Of a DNA stretch of 64,000 nucleotides, positions 60,423-64,000 are shown in pieces. How positions within the stretch are numbered: position 1 is the first letter of the stretch; each line of letters begins with the position of its first letter. The position numbers and the translations under genes are program-made. Source of the stretch: Candidatus Latescibacterota bacterium. Its GTDB lineage: Bacteria > Latescibacterota > UBA2968 > UBA8231. The DNA is taken from positions 1,280,001-1,344,000 of the forward strand of contig CBDAOB010000005.1 of the NCBI GenBank assembly GCA_965197905.1, written 5' to 3'. The notes beneath the pieces are model-generated. The model saw only the letters and a list, made by a program, of their open reading frames with translations. It was not told where the DNA came from and ran no database searches.

Positions 60423-61385
60423 TCACGTCGTTACTACCCCGATCGGTGGGCATTGCTTGAAGTACTGCATCAGCGGAGCGAGTGCTTTCAAGAGCTGCTC
60501 TTCTTCGTCAGCAGACAGCGAATCGGGAGAATCAAAGAGCGACGGCTTGCCCAGACGTGAGTCTGAAAAAATCCCGCGGCGCTTGATGATTGCCTTGTTC
60601 GTGTTTTCTCCGCCGATGTAGGACTTGAAACAGATCACACCCAGCATTTTGCTTTCGGTCTGTTCGGCGAGGATTTCATCACCCGACCTCAATGCCTCGA
60701 AGATCGCTATCACCGGTTCGATTACGTCCGCAGCAGTCATGAACAGCGTACAACCTGCCCGGTAGGACATCACAAAATTGGGCCCGGCCATCATTCCCAA
60801 TAGAATATCGCCCACTTCAGCCTGCATAGCCCGTACCTGGCGCACCCAGCGGGGTCCCTCGATTTTCATGTAACGAACGTTGGGATGGGACTGCACGATG
60901 TCCACCAAGGTGCCGACACCGAAGACCTTGTTACTTGGCCCCCCATAGATGGTATGCAGCATGACCGGAAGCTGCACTGATTCGGCGACAGTCATCAAAC
61001 ACTGGGCAGCTTCCGATTCTCTAGTCACCCATGGCGGAGGGATTACCGCTACCATGTCTGCGCCGATCTTGTCTGCTTGCTGTGCCGCGTTCACAACTTC
61101 ATGTATTCCGACACCGCCGACTGCGGCACAAACCGGAATACGACCGTTTGCCTCTTCGAGTGATATCTCGATGCACTTCTCACGTTCGGCCGGCGAAAGA
61201 CAATACGTTTCGCAGCCTAGCATCCCGGGGACGAGCAATACCGTCCCGACATCAATCACGTGGCGAACCTGGCGGCGGTATGAGGATTCATCCAGACGGC
61301 TGTCATTGTCGAATGGCGTTTTTAGAAGCGTCGCGACCCCTTTGATCTGTCTATTTCGATCCGTCAGATCGAAAGCTTTTCGCAT
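60423..61385 (-). CDS. Dihydrodipicolinate synthase (DapA/NAL) family aldolase-like protein
   Basis: TPF..D.RLD, GMLGCE..LS..ER, GRIPV, GAD...VIPP and YMKIE (Schiff-base Lys). Lacks GTTGE, so not a canonical DapA. Confidence 0.8.
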   Translation of the reverse strand: MRKAFDLTDRNRQIKGVATLLKTPFDNDSRLDESSYRRQVRHVIDVGTVLLVPGMLGCETYCLSPAEREKCIEISLEEANGRIPVCAAVGGVGIHEVVNAAQQADKIGADMVAVIPPPWVTRESEAAQCLMTVAESVQLPVMLHTIYGGPSNKVFGVGTLVDIVQSHPNVRYMKIEGPRWVRQVRAMQAEVGDILLGMMAGPNFVMSYRAGCTLFMTAADVIEPVIAIFEALRSGDEILAEQTESKMLGVICFKSYIGGENTNKAIIKRRGIFSDSRLGKPSLFDSPDSLSADEEEQLLKALAPLMQYFKQCPPIGVVTT

Positions 61386-61901
61386 GGCGAACTCCCAATC
61401 GATATGGATGGAAAAACGAAACACATTGATGAAGTTACATGTTGAATGCTGCGCCGAGAAAAAGAACCCACCGACCGAACTGAGGAAAGTCACCCCCTTC
61501 CCAACATACTAAATAACAACGTGATCAACGCCGCGCCTGCAAGGGCGAGACGGATACTTATTCGCGTTGGCTGTCTGGACTTTTTCTCCTTTTCGTACCC
61601 AAATACGACCTTTTTCACATGCTCTTCTTCAAGTACGAAGATACGGCCATGGCTTGCTCAGATGGAAATGTTGCTGGCCAAGCCGCGGTGCCAACGCTGG
61701 GGTTTCTCAATCTCGCGCAATTCGATCGGAGCAGCGGCGAACGTAGCAGACGAATATTTGTTGAGCATGTTGATGAGTTTCAGACGCTCCTTAGGGGGAC
61801 CGCGGGAGCTAGGCGCGAGGCATCCAACAGGATTGGCGTCAGCTGTCCATAGCGGGTAGGTTGAGACCCATGCCAAGTGCTCGACCTGCTCGCCCAAGCC
61901 A

Positions 61902-62777
61902 GTGATGTCTGATCAACGCAACATGATACTCGGCATCGCCGCCTGTCTTCTGTTCGGGCGGATCGGTTCGATTCTGGCGGAACCCCCCAATGATGATGTC
62001 CCGCGGGCGGTGTCCCGCCAGGAGCTCCTGGCGGCGATGCGGTCGCACGGAGATTACGATCCTACTGCGACGACGAACGGCGCTCGCTTTCAGGCGGAGG
62101 TGCTACTCCACCTGGCCCGAGAGGCGATACGGAGCGACCCCGACGACCGCCCTCCGTTCATCGGACACGAGGAGTGGTTCGCCAGCTTCCTGGATGTGAC
62201 CGGGCTAGCCGCAGACGAGGCACCCAACTATGCGCTGTTGGCCTATCGTCACGGACAACGCGTGGAAATCAGCTTCCGGGATGGCTGCGTCATCCGAGAG
62301 GTGAAGGAGGGGCCGGTGCCGGAGCTGGCGGCAAACGTAGTTATCTGGTGGCCGCAGACACCGGGAGGGCCGACGCGATACTCCTACCGTGACACGCTTT
62401 CGACACCTCACCTGAAGGTGATGAATAACCGGGTGATTACCTACCGGCTGCTCGATCTCGGAGATCGAATCGTCTACGACCAGATCAATGGGCTGACGGG
62501 CCGCCCGACCTCGGGTATTCTGGGCTTTCTATTCCGGGCGATCGGGGAGGGCCGCATTGTGGAGTCGGCAATGGCGGTTTCCGAGGACGGACTGCAGGTG
62601 GCGCGAGCAAGGGCGAGTAAGGCTTTCTTGGAGGTGTCGACAACCGTCACCGTGTACCCCGACGGACGCACTGAGAAGGATGTGCCGAAAGATAGACCCG
62701 ATCTACTGGCCATCGAGGCACGACTGAAGGAACCCTCTGAGATAGAGTACGCGCCACTCAGATTCTCGGATAGATGA
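61902..62777 (+). CDS. Secreted hypothetical protein
   Basis: 291-aa ORF with a signal-like N-terminus. Confidence 0.65.
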   Translation: MMSDQRNMILGIAACLLFGRIGSILAEPPNDDVPRAVSRQELLAAMRSHGDYDPTATTNGARFQAEVLLHLAREAIRSDPDDRPPFIGHEEWFASFLDVTGLAADEAPNYALLAYRHGQRVEISFRDGCVIREVKEGPVPELAANVVIWWPQTPGGPTRYSYRDTLSTPHLKVMNNRVITYRLLDLGDRIVYDQINGLTGRPTSGILGFLFRAIGEGRIVESAMAVSEDGLQVARARASKAFLEVSTTVTVYPDGRTEKDVPKDRPDLLAIEARLKEPSEIEYAPLRFSDR

Positions 62778-62964
62778 CTTGGGGGTGGGCTTTGGAGCTT
62801 TTGATTCACATTCGCTCGACGTGGCCCGGATTCGGAATGCCAGCGAGTCAGATGATCTGGTATACTATATCATTGCCAGTGAACATGAAGACAAAGATTC
62901 AGCTCACCGATTCGCGATCTGACCGTATAATCGACAATCATATATCTGTTAGCGAGGCTACTAC

Positions 62965-63690
62965 ATGAAGCTAGAAAACATTATCGCCGTGGTCACTGGT
63001 GCCAGTCGCGGCATCGGTTGGGAGATCGCACTCGGTTACGCCGATGAAGGAGCGGATCTCGTCGTCTGTGCACGAGACGAGCAGCGTCTTCAGCAGTTGG
63101 TCAGTCGACTTCAGGAATCGGGTCGACGTGCGTTCGCGGTCCAAGCGGATGTATCACAAGAGACAGATGTATCGCGCGTCGTCGACCGCACGCTTGAAGC
63201 GTTCGGACGTATCGATGTTCTGTGCAACAACGCCGGTGTGAACCATACGCACCCGGTCGATGAGATGCCGTTAGAAAAGTGGGAAGAGGTCATCGCGGTC
63301 AACCTACGCGGTCCCTTCCTCCTGTCACGCGCAGTGCTGCCACACATGAAGAAGCAAAACTACGGACGAGTTGTGCACGTTTCCTCCATGTCCGCCGTCG
63401 TCTGCTCCGCTGGTGCCGGGGCATACAACGCGTCGAAAGCAGCGTTGAACGCCTTGAGCCGAACGACGGCCAGCGAGACGAGGGACTACAACGTTCTCGT
63501 GAACGCCATGAGTCCGGGGTTTCTCAAGACAGACATGAACCCGGAAGGCACCCAACCCGCGAGCGCTGCAGTTCCGACGGCGATCGATTTGGCGGGACTA
63601 CCTGACGACGGCCCCAGCGGGCGATTCTTCCGCTTCCAGGAGGAGGTCATTGTGATCCCAGAATCGTCGCCTAATGGGTGGCGGAATTGA
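62965..63690 (+). CDS. Short-chain dehydrogenase/reductase
   Basis: TGASRGIG, NNAG, YNASK and PGFLKTDM motifs. Confidence 0.92.
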   Translation: MKLENIIAVVTGASRGIGWEIALGYADEGADLVVCARDEQRLQQLVSRLQESGRRAFAVQADVSQETDVSRVVDRTLEAFGRIDVLCNNAGVNHTHPVDEMPLEKWEEVIAVNLRGPFLLSRAVLPHMKKQNYGRVVHVSSMSAVVCSAGAGAYNASKAALNALSRTTASETRDYNVLVNAMSPGFLKTDMNPEGTQPASAAVPTAIDLAGLPDDGPSGRFFRFQEEVIVIPESSPNGWRN

Positions 63691-64000
63691 TTAAGTGGGC
63701 GGCATGTTTTTGCTCTCGACAATCGCCGAATAGCTAAATCACGTAACAAAACAAACGCTACAGGGCCTTGCGTCGATAATGACGCTTGTTTGTGGAATTC
63801 GGTCTATCGGACCCGCCTCGAATCGCCATGTGACTCTTAGCTGTTTTCCGCCATGAGGTGAGCGATCCTAGTTTGGACAACAGCAGGAAGCTCGTCCCAT
63901 CCCTCGACCACTCGAAGCAGCGTCGGGTTTGACACGTATATGACACGTTTCACCTGCGTTCTCTGGCTGAGTGGCCGTTCGGGTGTGGTGGTGAAGCGCC

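Noticed and set aside
61446..61897. Short ORFs between the DapA-like gene and the 61902 gene
   Set aside because: No recognisable motifs or convincing starts; a possible gene remnant that I cannot support.
63700..63714. GGCATGTTTTTGC as a sigma-54 site
   Set aside because: GG-to-GC spacing is 9, not the required 10.

Overview
Bacterial, GC-rich (by eye), gene-dense chromosomal window with about 55 CDS and no rRNA, tRNA or CRISPR array that I can support. Core genes are ispG, groES-groEL, miaB, mtaB, a PcrA/UvrD helicase, mltG and pcm. It also carries two surface-glycan clusters, a fused indolepyruvate:ferredoxin oxidoreductase, a large secreted S8 protease with a FlgD-Ig-type C-terminus, and scattered flagellar genes (fliM, fliN, fliS, a PilZ protein). 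The gene style suggests an FCB-group lineage such as Latescibacterota, but that is inference only. Most notable: (1) a full-length MamK-like actin broken by one in-frame TAG, followed by a coiled-coil gene, with no other mam genes in view; (2) a complete group II intron (54419-56559) whose predicted splicing restores the frame of a large membrane gene; (3) a complete sigma-54 promoter, IHF site and enhancer-repeat array upstream of groES-groEL, where GroEL ends in a His-rich tail; (4) a three-gene split AdnAB/AddAB-like helicase-nuclease operon; (5) a REC-HTH regulator lacking AAA+ paired with a stand-alone HisKA-like protein; (6) a consensus sigma-28 promoter before fliS. Four reading-frame lesions (20384, about 31354, about 57490, about 59845) could be real or assembly errors, so read-level checks are needed.
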